The notes below the pieces were generated by a model. That model ran no database searches. It saw only the letters and a program-made list of their open reading frames with translations, and had not been told where the DNA came from. Positions 36,287-47,051 of a stretch of 64,000 nt of DNA are shown here, one piece after another (position 1 is the stretch's first letter; every line of letters begins with the position of its first letter). The translations under genes were made by a program, and so were the position numbers. The stretch is taken from NCBI GenBank assembly GCA_017625775.1, contig JAGAKE010000012.1, positions 29,120-93,119 of the forward strand. Direction: 5' to 3'. This DNA is from Fibrobacteraceae bacterium. Lineage in GTDB: Bacteria; Fibrobacterota; Fibrobacteria; Fibrobacterales; Fibrobacteraceae.

Positions 36287-37074
36287 ATTTCCTATCTGAT
36301 GTTTCTTGGCAAGGCGCTCTCGCTAGTTTAATTGCAGGTTCAGCAACCGCAATAGGAGCCGCTGCTGTTTTTATAACGCCAAGTCAAAATCAGAAACTTA
36401 AAGACGCCATGATGAGTTTTGCCGCAGGCATTATGCTTGCCGCTACTTTTTTTGGCTTAATTCTTCCAGGAATAGAATCAGCTCAAAATCTCGGGCTTAA
36501 AAAAGAGTTAAGTACCTTTATTGTTGTCTTTGGTATTTTAGCAGGAACAGTAGCCATTTGGCTGCTCAACCGACTCATTCCTCATGAACACTTTGAAATG
36601 GGGCATCACGGTCCAGAAACAGCTAAACACTTGAAAAAAATATGGCTCTTTGTCATTACAATAGCTATTCACAATTTCCCTGAAGGCATGGCGGTTGGCG
36701 TAGGTTTTGCCGGTGATAATTTTGCAAATGGTTCTTCTATGACATTAGGAATTGCATTGCAAAACATTCCAGAAGGATTTTCCGTCGCCATAGCACTTCT
36801 TGCGGTAGGCTACAAACGCTTATATTCCTTTGCCGTAGCGTCCTTAACTGGATTACTTGAATTTGCTGGAGGCTTAGTAGGCGTTCTAGCGATTAACTTT
36901 GCACAAATGTCTTATCCAGTTATTCTCGGCATCACTGCGGGCGCTATGCTTTTTGTTATTTCAGACGAAATCATTCCAGAAACTCACCACCAAGGAAATG
37001 AATCTATTGCAACTTTCTGCCTTATTTTCGGCTTTTCTTTAATGATGATTTGCGATGTTCTGCTAGCGTTTTAA
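36283..37074 (+). CDS. ZIP family metal transporter
   Basis: HNFPEGMAVG and NIPEGF motifs in a multi-TM protein. Confidence 0.9.
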   Translation: MNFLSDVSWQGALASLIAGSATAIGAAAVFITPSQNQKLKDAMMSFAAGIMLAATFFGLILPGIESAQNLGLKKELSTFIVVFGILAGTVAIWLLNRLIPHEHFEMGHHGPETAKHLKKIWLFVITIAIHNFPEGMAVGVGFAGDNFANGSSMTLGIALQNIPEGFSVAIALLAVGYKRLYSFAVASLTGLLEFAGGLVGVLAINFAQMSYPVILGITAGAMLFVISDEIIPETHHQGNESIATFCLIFGFSLMMICDVLLAF

Positions 37075-37075
37075 T

Positions 37076-37879
37076 TTACACCATAGAAGCTACCTTCACC
37101 GCAAGCAATGCGCTATTTTGTTCTTCCAATAAGCTGTCAAAAGTGGACTCAAAAAAATGTTCATGTTCTTTTTCTAAAGCGTCCCATTTTGCATTCTCTA
37201 AAAAAGAAACGCTCTTCTTTTTCTCTTCCAATTCCATCACAATTTCTCGTTTGCTATGAGAAGCCTTTCTATTCACACTAAAAAGAACACGACGTTTTTC
37301 ACAAAGTAATTCTAGTTCAATAAAATGTTCTTCTTTTTTTACCTGAACTATTTCCCACTTTACGTTTTTCGCTAAAGCAAAAAATAATTCTAAATCATGC
37401 ACCAAAAGGTCAAAAGCAACAGAAACATCTAAACCGCGATTAGAAGGCAAATTATGACGAAAAAATGAAATTTTCGCACCAGGCTTCCAAAATTCAGCAA
37501 AAGATTTTTGAAGTTCCGCAAACTGAGAATGATAATGTTCACTATGTCCAGGAAACAAAATTCGTTTACGTTCTAACGCAAGAGAAATCAAATCATTCGC
37601 TTCATTTGTGTTTAACGCCAAAGGTTTTTCAACAAAAACATCAAAGCCTAATTGCAGCCCCCTTTTCGCATATTCGTAATGAGTAGTTGCTGGCGAAGCA
37701 ATTAAAAGAATTGGTTTTTCTTTTTTTTCACTATATGTTTCACCCCAGGCGTTCATAAATTCTTCTACTGCTTCAGAAGAATCTAATTCAGCAAGGAACT
37801 CACAGTTGCGGCGCCGCAAGCGTTCTCGATGGCGTTTTCCCATGGCGCCGCAACCTATTAAAACAACACAATTCCTCAT
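37076..37879 (-). CDS. Gfo/Idh/MocA-like NAD(P)-binding oxidoreductase
   Basis: N-terminal Rossmann VLIGCGAMGKRH and a VFVEKP motif. Confidence 0.7.
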   Translation of the reverse strand: MRNCVVLIGCGAMGKRHRERLRRRNCEFLAELDSSEAVEEFMNAWGETYSEKKEKPILLIASPATTHYEYAKRGLQLGFDVFVEKPLALNTNEANDLISLALERKRILFPGHSEHYHSQFAELQKSFAEFWKPGAKISFFRHNLPSNRGLDVSVAFDLLVHDLELFFALAKNVKWEIVQVKKEEHFIELELLCEKRRVLFSVNRKASHSKREIVMELEEKKKSVSFLENAKWDALEKEHEHFFESTFDSLLEEQNSALLAVKVASMV

Positions 37880-37903
37880 GGTTTGTGAAATTAGAAAAAA
37901 ATT

Positions 37904-38608
37904 TTATATCAGCCAATCTTCTTGTCTATCTGCAACAAAATCTAATTCCACAGAAATTGGCTTTTCAAAAAGAAGCGTACAAACTTTGATGTTATTATAA
38001 CCATTGCGTTTCAATGCATAAGCGCAGGCGCCAGTTGTCGCACCAGTTGTAAAAACATCATCAATAATCACAATCAAATCTTTGGGCGACAAGTTCATTC
38101 TTTTTTTGAGAACAAATGCTCCGGCCACATTTAAAACTCTCTCTGATTTTGAAAGTTTCGTTTGAGAAACAGAAAAAGAACGCCTGGCAAGCGCCTTCCA
38201 CACCTTACCTCCACAAGAAACTGCTAGAGCTTGAGCAATTTTTTCCGTTTGATTATAACCTCTTTCGCGCAATCTCGAAGAATGTAACGGAACCGGAACA
38301 AAATACACTTTTCCCTCTGTCGCTACCCAATTTTTAAAATTTTTTAATCCTTCGCGCGCCGAACGCACCAAATACGAAGCTAATCCAGGCATAGAAGAAT
38401 ATTTTAATCCATGAATTAACGAACGACTCACCGCGCCCATTGAATATAGGGAAAATGCCGATTCAGACACTTCGCCGCCTAATAATTCTGAACTCAACTT
38501 AGCTCTACAATCCTCGCAAAGCCAAGGGTCTAATGGTTTTTCTGTATCCCCACAAGAAAGGCACGTGTTGCCAAATAAAAACTTGGATAAAATCCCAGTA
38601 CTAAACAT
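37904..38608 (-). CDS. comF: ComF family phosphoribosyltransferase-like protein
   Basis: N-terminal CLSCG...CEDC zinc finger and a PRT motif IVIIDDVFTTGAT. Confidence 0.85.
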   Translation of the reverse strand: MFSTGILSKFLFGNTCLSCGDTEKPLDPWLCEDCRAKLSSELLGGEVSESAFSLYSMGAVSRSLIHGLKYSSMPGLASYLVRSAREGLKNFKNWVATEGKVYFVPVPLHSSRLRERGYNQTEKIAQALAVSCGGKVWKALARRSFSVSQTKLSKSERVLNVAGAFVLKKRMNLSPKDLIVIIDDVFTTGATTGACAYALKRNGYNNIKVCTLLFEKPISVELDFVADRQEDWLI

Positions 38609-38675
38609 ATTGTTTCTCCAAATAGGTCTCTATTATAAAGAAACAACTGAGAAGTCAAAATGTGTACTTTTTATT

Positions 38676-39941
38676 TTAATTTTTTCCTTTCATTTTATAG
38701 CCCTGCAAACGCATGTTACACAAAAGTCCAACAAGGCACATACAAGTCATCGCAAATGAGCCTCCATAAGAAAGGAATGGTAATGGAAGTCCAGTCACGG
38801 GCATTAACCCAATTGTCATAGCGATATTAACCGTCACATGGAAAAAGATGATTGCACAAACTCCTGAAGAGAGAATCACCACAAAGGGGTGTGCATACAA
38901 TTTGGCTATTTCCATAGCACGCCAAAGGAAAAGAAAATAAAGAATCAAAACAATCGCACAACCGATAAAACCAAATTGTTCGCCAAGAACACTGAAAATA
39001 AAATCAGTATGTTCTTCTGGCAAAAAACTCAAATTTGTTTGCGTTCCGTTTCCAAAACCTTTTCCAGATAATCCACCGGAACCAATAGCTGTCATTGATT
39101 GCAGCACTTGATAGCCGTCGCCTTTAGGGTCTGCCATCGGATTAAAAAACGTTTCTACTCGCTTTTGCTGATGCGGCTCTAAATGATTCCAAGCCATAGT
39201 GCTCGTGTAACCGGCAAAAATATTAATCAAGAAAATGGCCATTCCAAGAGCAATAGGTAAACGCCGACGATAAAGCAAAAATCCTAAAACACAAATAAAT
39301 CCACCCCAAAATAATTGAGAATACGCCACCTGAGAATGAGAAAGAATAACTGAAAAGAATGGGCTTACAATAAAAAAGACTTCGCTTAACCGCAAACCAG
39401 CCATAAAAAGCCCCGTTAAAGTAACCATCGTAAATACAAGCGCAGTACTTAAATCTGGTTGACGCAAAACTAAAACAAACGGGAAAATAAAAAGAAGCCC
39501 AGGAACTACAAAAGTTTTAAACTTTAAAAAATCAACAGGGTGTTTAGATAACCAAGTTGAAATCATTAACAGGTAGGCAATTTTTGCAAATTCAGAGGGT
39601 TGCAATTTAAAAAAGCCAAGATCAATCCATCGACCAGCACCTTTAACATCTCCGGCAAAAAATAAAACGATTATTAATAAAACAAGTGAAACTAAATATA
39701 AAGGCAAAGCAATTTTTCGCCAAACTGTAATTTTTATAAAAGTCAAACCAATCGCTATCACAATACCTGCTAAAAAATACGCAATTTGCTTAAACCAAAG
39801 TGTTTGGTAAAATGGTATTTCTGAAACGGTGGATGTCGCAGAATACACAAGCAAAACCCCTATTCCCATAAGTAGAAGGGTCACGCCTATAAAAAACCAA
39901 TCCATTTTTTCTGTTTTTCCTAGAATTGAAAATTTCTTCAT
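38676..39941 (-). CDS. rodA: SEDS peptidoglycan polymerase RodA
   Basis: Multi-TM FtsW/RodA-type sequence. It overlaps the mrdA stop by 4 nt. Confidence 0.9.
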   Translation of the reverse strand: MKKFSILGKTEKMDWFFIGVTLLLMGIGVLLVYSATSTVSEIPFYQTLWFKQIAYFLAGIVIAIGLTFIKITVWRKIALPLYLVSLVLLIIVLFFAGDVKGAGRWIDLGFFKLQPSEFAKIAYLLMISTWLSKHPVDFLKFKTFVVPGLLFIFPFVLVLRQPDLSTALVFTMVTLTGLFMAGLRLSEVFFIVSPFFSVILSHSQVAYSQLFWGGFICVLGFLLYRRRLPIALGMAIFLINIFAGYTSTMAWNHLEPHQQKRVETFFNPMADPKGDGYQVLQSMTAIGSGGLSGKGFGNGTQTNLSFLPEEHTDFIFSVLGEQFGFIGCAIVLILYFLFLWRAMEIAKLYAHPFVVILSSGVCAIIFFHVTVNIAMTIGLMPVTGLPLPFLSYGGSFAMTCMCLVGLLCNMRLQGYKMKGKN

Positions 39942-41803
39942 GGATTTTCCTTTCTTGAAAACACCGAATCTCTAGAAAAATAAGCTTCCATTACTTGCCG
40001 AGCTACAGGAGCCGCTAAAGCGCCACCGCCTCCAGAAGATTCTAAAATCACAGAAACAGCAATTTCTGGTGCATACAATGGAGCAACCGCAGCAAACCAA
40101 GCATGTGTCTTTTCACCTTTTTTCCATTCACCAGAACCAGTTTTTCCGCCGACTCGAATTCCTTTTAACGCGCCACGTTTTCCAGTTCCTCCTGGGTGAT
40201 TCACCACAGAATCCATTCCAGCTAAAATCACTTGATGCGTAGATTCCTTCATTTTTCCTGGACGCACAATTTCTGGAGTAAACCGTTTCACAACAGTTCC
40301 ATCTCGACTTCTTAATTCCTTCATCAAGTGCGGGCGATAAACCCCTGCATTCGTCGCTAGAGACCCCACTAAAACCGCTTGCTGTAATGGTGTCACTAAT
40401 TGCCCTTGACCAATAGCCAAATTCAAAATCAAACCTCGAGCCCAGCGCCAACCAGAACGCTTATTTCTTTTATTAAAACTAGCTGAATCTGGCAACCAAC
40501 CACGGCGTTCTCCAGGAATATCAACTCCTAGAATTTCTTCGCCTAATCCAAAACGACGACCAAATTCATTAATCCGCTCCATATCAATTTCAAGACCTGC
40601 TTGATAAAAATACACATCACAAGAAAGACGAAGCGCATTTACCACATTTAAATTTCCATGAACACCCCAACATTTCTGGTAGCGATTTCCAAACTGATAA
40701 CCGCCATCGCAACGATGAGGATAGTACTTATTTACAGAAAGAAGATTATGTTCCATTCCGGCGCCAGTTGTTACTAGCTTAAAAATAGAAGCCGGTGGAT
40801 AAACTCCAGCAATAGCTCTATTCAACAAAGGTCTTGTAGAATCCAAAGCTACTTTTGCCCACCCACGATTTCGTTCCTTTCGTTTCAATGAAAAAACGTT
40901 TGGATCTAAACGAGGTGAACTAACCATCGCTAAAATTTCTCCATTTCTAGGATCTATTGCAACAATTGCCCCACGCACGCTATCAGGTAAAGCTTTTTCT
41001 GCGGCTAATTGAACTCGCAAATCCAAAGTTGAAACTAAATGCATTCCAGGAATCGCCGGTTGTTCTCCCATTCCCTTCATTTCACTTACAATTCGACCAT
41101 AAGCATTCACTTCAACCGTTTTAACACCATCTTTACCGCGGAATTCAATATCATACTGTTGCTCTAATCCTTTTTGCCCAATGCGATCACCTGATTCATA
41201 CTTATCTTTATACTCTTCACTTGCTAATTGTTTTTCTGAAATTTCACTAGTATATCCCAAAGCATGGGCCGCTAAAGTTCCATACGGATAATCTCTTCTT
41301 GATTCTATAATTGCGTAAACACCAGGTAATTCCTGAGAATGTTCTTCTATAATAGCCACTTCTTCAGGAGAAGCATCCTCAAGAATACGAATCGGACGAT
41401 TTCTAATCCATGCCGTTCGCTGAAATGCCGTATCCAACGATGCAGAATCAAGCATTCGCACGCCTAATTCATTTCTAATTTCAAGAAGCAAACGGAATAA
41501 GGAATCCTTAGCGTCTTTTTTTCTCGGCATTTGCTCTGCATCTATTACAATCTGATATGAAGGCCTGTTACGAACTAATATTTCACCATTTCTATCATAA
41601 ATAAACCCTCGCTCTGCTTCAATTTCCATTCGCCTAATTCGGTTATTTTCAGAGCGTTCAAAGTTTTCTTTGTAATGCACATACTGCAAATGAAATAATC
41701 TAAATCCCAAAATGCAAAACGCAATCCAAACAAGCAATAAATAGATAAGAACCTTCATATTTCGGTTCTGAACATCTTCATTGTTGTTCAATGAATTAAA
41801 CAT
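39938..41803 (-). CDS. mrdA: penicillin-binding protein 2
   Basis: Transpeptidase motifs SIFK (SxxK) and KTGS (KTG). It sits in the mreBCD-mrdA-rodA context. Confidence 0.92.
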   Translation of the reverse strand: MFNSLNNNEDVQNRNMKVLIYLLLVWIAFCILGFRLFHLQYVHYKENFERSENNRIRRMEIEAERGFIYDRNGEILVRNRPSYQIVIDAEQMPRKKDAKDSLFRLLLEIRNELGVRMLDSASLDTAFQRTAWIRNRPIRILEDASPEEVAIIEEHSQELPGVYAIIESRRDYPYGTLAAHALGYTSEISEKQLASEEYKDKYESGDRIGQKGLEQQYDIEFRGKDGVKTVEVNAYGRIVSEMKGMGEQPAIPGMHLVSTLDLRVQLAAEKALPDSVRGAIVAIDPRNGEILAMVSSPRLDPNVFSLKRKERNRGWAKVALDSTRPLLNRAIAGVYPPASIFKLVTTGAGMEHNLLSVNKYYPHRCDGGYQFGNRYQKCWGVHGNLNVVNALRLSCDVYFYQAGLEIDMERINEFGRRFGLGEEILGVDIPGERRGWLPDSASFNKRNKRSGWRWARGLILNLAIGQGQLVTPLQQAVLVGSLATNAGVYRPHLMKELRSRDGTVVKRFTPEIVRPGKMKESTHQVILAGMDSVVNHPGGTGKRGALKGIRVGGKTGSGEWKKGEKTHAWFAAVAPLYAPEIAVSVILESSGGGGALAAPVARQVMEAYFSRDSVFSRKENP

Positions 41804-42290
41804 GCGTTTTCCGATGCTTTCTGTGGAATAAGAAATAGAAAATCAAACCTCCGCAAATAACCGTATAAATTCCATTAGGAATAGAACGAGTTAAGAAAAG
41901 TTGTGTTACTTCCCCATGCGAAAGATTGGTTAGCGACAAAAAGAGTAAATCGTAAAAAACATAACCAAAAGACAAAATAACAATGCGCAAACTTAAACGC
42001 ATCATTAAAAAACGTTCTTCTAACAAACCTACTAAAAAACCTAAAAGAGTCATTGAAACAGTGCCTGCTCCAAGCCATTCCACAGGTCCATAAATATCAC
42101 AAGAAAATCCAATTACAAAACCCCATAAAGCAGCAGGTACCGTTCCATGTTTAAATGCTTGATACACCACAAAAATCAATAGGAAATCTGGCATAGCACC
42201 AAAAACAGAAATCCATTTTGCTACCGTAGTTTGCAAAATCACACAAACTAAAAAAGCGAAAAGCGTAACAATAATTTTCAATCCTTTCAT
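41796..42290 (-). CDS. mreD: rod shape-determining protein MreD
   Basis: Small polytopic membrane protein between mreC and mrdA. Confidence 0.8.
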   Translation of the reverse strand: MKGLKIIVTLFAFLVCVILQTTVAKWISVFGAMPDFLLIFVVYQAFKHGTVPAALWGFVIGFSCDIYGPVEWLGAGTVSMTLLGFLVGLLEERFLMMRLSLRIVILSFGYVFYDLLFLSLTNLSHGEVTQLFLTRSIPNGIYTVICGGLIFYFLFHRKHRKTHV

Positions 42291-43111
42291 TGTAACAACT
42301 CCCGCACAATCCAGTCTGGTTCCTTTTGCATTACAAAAACTTCTTCTAACTGACTCACTTCCTGGAACGGACGAATAACCATAAGAGACAATACTTCCAT
42401 ATCTAAAGGTTGAATTTCACTTACAGTACCAACTCCAATTCCCTTAGGGAAAATACCGCCCAAACCAGAAGTCACTAATGTATCTCCTACTTGAATTCCA
42501 GCATAAGTCGGAATAGTAGCCGTTAACATTTTCCCGTCCATAGTTTCTGCAAAACCAATCGTTCTTGTACGAATATTTAAAACAGAAAATTTCAGGTTAG
42601 GATCTGCAATTACTTGCGCTTGTGCATGGTGAGCTGCCACTTTAGAAATTTTTCCAACCAAGCCAGACATTGAAAAAACGGGCATGTCTTTTTTTAAGCC
42701 GTCTGAAATTCCTCTATTTAAAATAAGGGTAGTAACCATACGTCCAGGGTTGCGCCCAATAATTCTAGCTGTTACGATTGGATAATCCCATTGGTTGTCA
42801 AAACGCACTAACGCCCGCAAACGCGTTAATTCTCGCATGCCATCTCTTGCATAATCTAATTCAAGGCGCAAACGAGCATTCTGTTCTTTTAACTTTTCAT
42901 TTTCTTCTATTACATTGCGATAATCATCCACAGAAGCCACTAAATACTGGACTGGATAAAAAACGGAAGATAGGAAAAATGAACTTAAACGCTCTTTAGT
43001 AGGCACTGGCAACATTAGCATTCCAACGCCCAAAAACAACAAGAACGCCAAAACGAGAATTCCTCGTCCAAACGCACAAAACCTACGGATCAAACCGCCA
43101 AGTTTTAGCAT
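42287..43111 (-). CDS. mreC: rod shape-determining protein MreC
   Basis: N-terminal TM helix, coiled coil (NEKLKEQNARLRLEL), and a beta-rich C-terminus with SGLGGIFPKGI. Confidence 0.9.
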   Translation of the reverse strand: MLKLGGLIRRFCAFGRGILVLAFLLFLGVGMLMLPVPTKERLSSFFLSSVFYPVQYLVASVDDYRNVIEENEKLKEQNARLRLELDYARDGMRELTRLRALVRFDNQWDYPIVTARIIGRNPGRMVTTLILNRGISDGLKKDMPVFSMSGLVGKISKVAAHHAQAQVIADPNLKFSVLNIRTRTIGFAETMDGKMLTATIPTYAGIQVGDTLVTSGLGGIFPKGIGVGTVSEIQPLDMEVLSLMVIRPFQEVSQLEEVFVMQKEPDWIVRELLQ

Positions 43112-43123
43112 ACAAAATTCCTG

Positions 43124-44149
43124 CTAATTAGAAGATGCTATCAAAACAGGGCGATACTTTTCCAAATCTTCCAAAATGCGAGCTGTTCCCTTGCATACAC
43201 AAATCAAGGAATCATCAATTACATTTACAGAAAGACCTGTCACCTGACGAATCTTGGAATCAAAGCCACGCAATAAAGAACCACCGCCAGTCATAATAAT
43301 TCCCTTATCATAAATATCTGCGGAAAGTTCTGGTGGCGTATGGCTCAATGTATCTTTAATGGCATCAATAATTGCCGTTATAGGTTCATTAAGAGCTTCT
43401 CTAATTTCTTCACTTGTAATGGCTACAGTACGAGGCATTCCTGCAATGTGATCATGCCCCTTCACTTCCATAGTCAATTCTTCTTCAAGAGGGAATGCAG
43501 AACCAATGTTTATCTTGATTTGTTCTGCAGTAGTAGGTCCTACCCCTAAGTTATACATTTGACGCATATAACGGATAATTGCTTCATCCATTTCATCGCC
43601 AGCAGTACGCACAGAATTTTGGCAAGCAATACCATTTAAAGCAATTACAGCAATATCAGAAGTACCACCGCCAATATCCACCACCATATTTCCAGTAGGA
43701 TCTTCCACAGGTATTCCCATTCCAATTGCAGCAGCCATCGGTTCATGCACTAAATGCACTTCCTTGGCGCCAGCGTGGGTCGCAGCATCGATCACAGCTC
43801 TCTTTTCAACTTCCGTAATACCAGAAGGAACACCGACTACCACTCGCGGATGAACAATGAACAAAGGATACTTCTGAACTCGCTTAATAAACGTGGTCAA
43901 AAGCGTTTCTACTAGATCAAATTCTGCAATCACCCCATCTCTCATTGGGCGCACAGCACGCAACAAATCATCAGGAGTTCTTCCTAGCATCTTTTTAGCT
44001 TCTGAGCCAATAGCTGCTATACGATTGTTTTTTACATCTACAGCAATCACAGTAGGCTCATTAATCACTAGCCCTTGATTTGCCACATGAACCAAAGTAT
44101 TTGCTGTACCTAGGTCAATTCCAATATCACAAGAAAATAAACCGAACAA
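43124..44149 (-). CDS. mreB: rod shape-determining protein MreB
   Basis: Actin-fold motifs IGIDLGTANT and VVDIGGGTSD. Confidence 0.97.
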   Translation of the reverse strand: MFGLFSCDIGIDLGTANTLVHVANQGLVINEPTVIAVDVKNNRIAAIGSEAKKMLGRTPDDLLRAVRPMRDGVIAEFDLVETLLTTFIKRVQKYPLFIVHPRVVVGVPSGITEVEKRAVIDAATHAGAKEVHLVHEPMAAAIGMGIPVEDPTGNMVVDIGGGTSDIAVIALNGIACQNSVRTAGDEMDEAIIRYMRQMYNLGVGPTTAEQIKINIGSAFPLEEELTMEVKGHDHIAGMPRTVAITSEEIREALNEPITAIIDAIKDTLSHTPPELSADIYDKGIIMTGGGSLLRGFDSKIRQVTGLSVNVIDDSLICVCKGTARILEDLEKYRPVLIASSN

Positions 44150-44190
44150 AATAGAATCCTTTTTTAGGTGCTTTTAAAGTTTAAATATAG

Positions 44191-44547
44191 TTATTCAGAA
44201 AACGTTCCATAATTCCACTTTTTCAAATACCTATCCCATTGCCTATAATGAACATCATAACGGTATTTTCTTTTTTGGAACATAGGGATTTTATCATAAA
44301 CAAAAAAATCTACTTCAGCATATGCTGAATAAATTTCAGCAGAAGCACCTTCAAAAAATCTCAAATCACGAATAACATAATACGGAGAATCTAAAAGAGC
44401 CGAAGGTTGACCACCCGCCATTACTTCAGCAACCATAAATTTCAAATCTTCTTGTAAATAATCCGACAATTTTGATTCTAATTGTTCTGGGCGTTCAGCG
44501 CAAGCAACGAATAAGAAGAAACTCAACAATAAAAGAATTTTTTTCAT
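44191..44547 (-). CDS. small lipoprotein (hypothetical)
   Basis: MKKILLLLSFFLFVAC lipobox. The ATG at 44547 is preferred over the one at 44592. Confidence 0.55.
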   Translation of the reverse strand: MKKILLLLSFFLFVACAERPEQLESKLSDYLQEDLKFMVAEVMAGGQPSALLDSPYYVIRDLRFFEGASAEIYSAYAEVDFFVYDKIPMFQKRKYRYDVHYRQWDRYLKKWNYGTFSE

Positions 44548-44609
44548 TTCATAAAAATAAAAAACTCTCCAATAAAATATTGGAGAGTTCATAAAAAATT
44601 TTTTCGTAA

Positions 44610-45902
44610 TTAGAAAGCGTATGTAGCAGAAATGCGAGAGAACAAACGACCTTCACCCTGGAATGGATTGCGGAAAAGCAAATCTTCTGCAACCAAGACA
44701 TCGATTTTCAACTTTTCTTCAATGTTAATTCCAAAGCCGAATCCAACATGGTCATCTGCAGTGCCATTCCCAAGTGGGTTCGTGCTAAAGTAATTTCCAT
44801 CTGTTGGGCACAAGCCATCTGTTTTACCAGCATTAGCCCAGTGTCTGTCGCAATCGGTGTAGAGAATGGACTTTTTACCACCAACACGAATTACAAACCA
44901 ATCCCACCAAATGTTTCTTTCAATACCGAAGCTGATTTGACCACCAATTTCTTCTTTTTCATCACGATAATCACGTTCTGCAGAAGCATCATAAGTTGTT
45001 TCTCCAGTTTCATGATTAAATGACCAATTACCTGCTTCCATTTTATTCCAAATAAAGTCAACACCTAACCAGAAGAATCCTCTGTCTAGAGCAACATTTA
45101 TACCAACACCAACTTGAGCACGAATATCTTCAATGCCAGGAGCTTGAATAAAATGAGCAGAAAGTGCAGGAACCAATTCGCCATCAAGAGCTTCTAAAGA
45201 GAAGAATGCACGAGCTTTTCCTAAGTAAGAGAAATCTCCATCATCAAAGAAATTCTTATGCTCGTTACCATATTGAATTCTTGCCAAACCAAAAGCTAAT
45301 TCCAAATCAGCATTACTTCCTAGTTGCCAGTTAATACCCCCATCAGCACGAACAACAGAAGCATAAGCAGAATAATCTGGCTGGTAAGAACCATCACTTA
45401 CTTGGCGACCACCATCTTGGTGGGCAAGGAAAATATGAAGACCAAGAGCATTGCCGTTTGCTAAAGTTCCACCTAAAAAGCCATCAAAATTGGTAACTGT
45501 TTCTGGAACTTCTGACGTATTACCATTAGGAAGAATTACATTCGTTGGCAAGAATCTTCCTAGTTCAGAATCCATACGACCAAAAAGACCACCGATAGTC
45601 AATCGAGGATCAGGATATTCACCTTTTCCCAAACCCAAAGAGAATATACCACCAAAATTCGGATGTTGGGGATCCATGTTTTCCCCTACTTGAACATTTT
45701 CGTTATACAAGCCGAATTCACCAATCAAATAATTTGGATACAAATTGACGTTTGCTGGGTTATCAAAAATACTAACATCATCCATAATGTAGGTCGTATT
45801 TTTTCCCATAGATTCTACACGGGCAAAAGTAGCAAATGCAGAACCTAGACCTAGAATTCCAAACGCAGCCCCAACGGCCATTGCAGATTTCAAATTCATC
45901 AA
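44610..45902 (-). CDS. outer-membrane beta-barrel protein (hypothetical porin-like)
   Basis: Signal peptide ending GSAFA, alternating-hydrophobic strands, and a C-terminal aromatic ...ATYAF. Confidence 0.6.
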   Translation of the reverse strand: MMNLKSAMAVGAAFGILGLGSAFATFARVESMGKNTTYIMDDVSIFDNPANVNLYPNYLIGEFGLYNENVQVGENMDPQHPNFGGIFSLGLGKGEYPDPRLTIGGLFGRMDSELGRFLPTNVILPNGNTSEVPETVTNFDGFLGGTLANGNALGLHIFLAHQDGGRQVSDGSYQPDYSAYASVVRADGGINWQLGSNADLELAFGLARIQYGNEHKNFFDDGDFSYLGKARAFFSLEALDGELVPALSAHFIQAPGIEDIRAQVGVGINVALDRGFFWLGVDFIWNKMEAGNWSFNHETGETTYDASAERDYRDEKEEIGGQISFGIERNIWWDWFVIRVGGKKSILYTDCDRHWANAGKTDGLCPTDGNYFSTNPLGNGTADDHVGFGFGINIEEKLKIDVLVAEDLLFRNPFQGEGRLFSRISATYAF

Positions 45903-46042
45903 ATGACTCCTCTGATTAAAGATACCCTAAAGTTAGATTTATCTAAAAAAAAACGCAATATTTTTTTTGATTTATTCTTCTTTTTCTAAAAGATAAAACA
46001 TTTTATCCTTAAAATAACACCTATTCTCATAAATTTCAGCAA

Positions 46043-46081
46043 TAAAAAAACGGGTCAAGCATCCTTGACCCGTTTTTTTTT
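46043..46081 (-). terminator. bidirectional-looking intrinsic terminator after the TonB-like gene
   Basis: A 10-bp stem, acgggtcaag / cttgacccgt (46050-46073), flanked by an A7 run and a T9 run. Confidence 0.7.
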
Positions 46082-46092
46082 CTCAACAAGAA

Positions 46093-47049
46093 CTATTCAG
46101 AGAATGTGAATGGAATCGTAACTGTTGTATTTCCAGACTTAACCTTGGAGAATGTCCAACGGCTAACGGCACCTTTAACAGCTGTATCAAATTCACCAAA
46201 CCCGGTTGTTGAAGAAGCGATAGAGATGCTAATGATATCACCACCAGGAGCAATGGTGAACTTCAGCGTAACCTTACCGCTAAATCCAGGTTTTTTCTTC
46301 AAGAACTTGTTATAAATGTGGCGCAAACCAGGAGTACGTTGACGAACGACTTTCATGATGTCAGCGGCACTACGAGAGCCACCACCAGCACCCATGTCGA
46401 TATCGCGTTCTGACGGAGTCTTGATACGACCTTTTGCTTTAGTGGAAACTCCACCGCCGCCACCGCCAAGAAGACCGGCCAAACCATCACCGATACCACC
46501 AGAACCACCTTCGGCATAACCTTCATTGAAGCCACCATCAGCTTTACCGCGACGGCCACCCATAACAGTTTTACCAGTGGTCTGCAAACCAGCAACATCC
46601 TTAAGAACCTTATCAATGTCCTTAGTGAAGTTTTGGTTTTTCATCAAGTCGTAAGCACCTGCGCTAGCATTTTTGGTTTGAGCAGTCAAGAGTTTCAACA
46701 CACCACGAGTTTGTGGAGCATTTGGCTGACCCTTACCACGTGGCTTACCGCCACCACCAGCTTTCTTACGAGGTTTTTCAGGTTCTTTCTTTTTCTTTTC
46801 TTCTTTCTTTTCTTCCTTCTTTTCCTCAATTGTCATAGAGGCAGAAAGATCAGCAGCTTCAGAGTCTTCAAAGATAACTTCTTCAACTACTGCTTCATAC
46901 ATGGAAGCCCAAAGAGAGAATGCAAGAGCGACTACAAGAGAAATACCTGCAATTCCAGCCATCTTCTTATCCGATTCCGGCATCAAAGACGCTACTAAAG
47001 GATCCATACGTTGGGTTTTCTTCTTTGCTTTTTGTTGTACTTCAGCCAT
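46093..47049 (-). CDS. TonB-like energy transducer with AgmX/PglI-type C-terminal domain
   Basis: N-terminal TM helix, EK-rich and Gly-rich linkers, and a C-terminal GKVTLKFTIAPGGDII...AVSRWTFSKV...VTIPFTF. Confidence 0.7.
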   Translation of the reverse strand: MAEVQQKAKKKTQRMDPLVASLMPESDKKMAGIAGISLVVALAFSLWASMYEAVVEEVIFEDSEAADLSASMTIEEKKEEKKEEKKKKEPEKPRKKAGGGGKPRGKGQPNAPQTRGVLKLLTAQTKNASAGAYDLMKNQNFTKDIDKVLKDVAGLQTTGKTVMGGRRGKADGGFNEGYAEGGSGGIGDGLAGLLGGGGGGVSTKAKGRIKTPSERDIDMGAGGGSRSAADIMKVVRQRTPGLRHIYNKFLKKKPGFSGKVTLKFTIAPGGDIISISIASSTTGFGEFDTAVKGAVSRWTFSKVKSGNTTVTIPFTFSE

Positions 47050-47051
47050 AA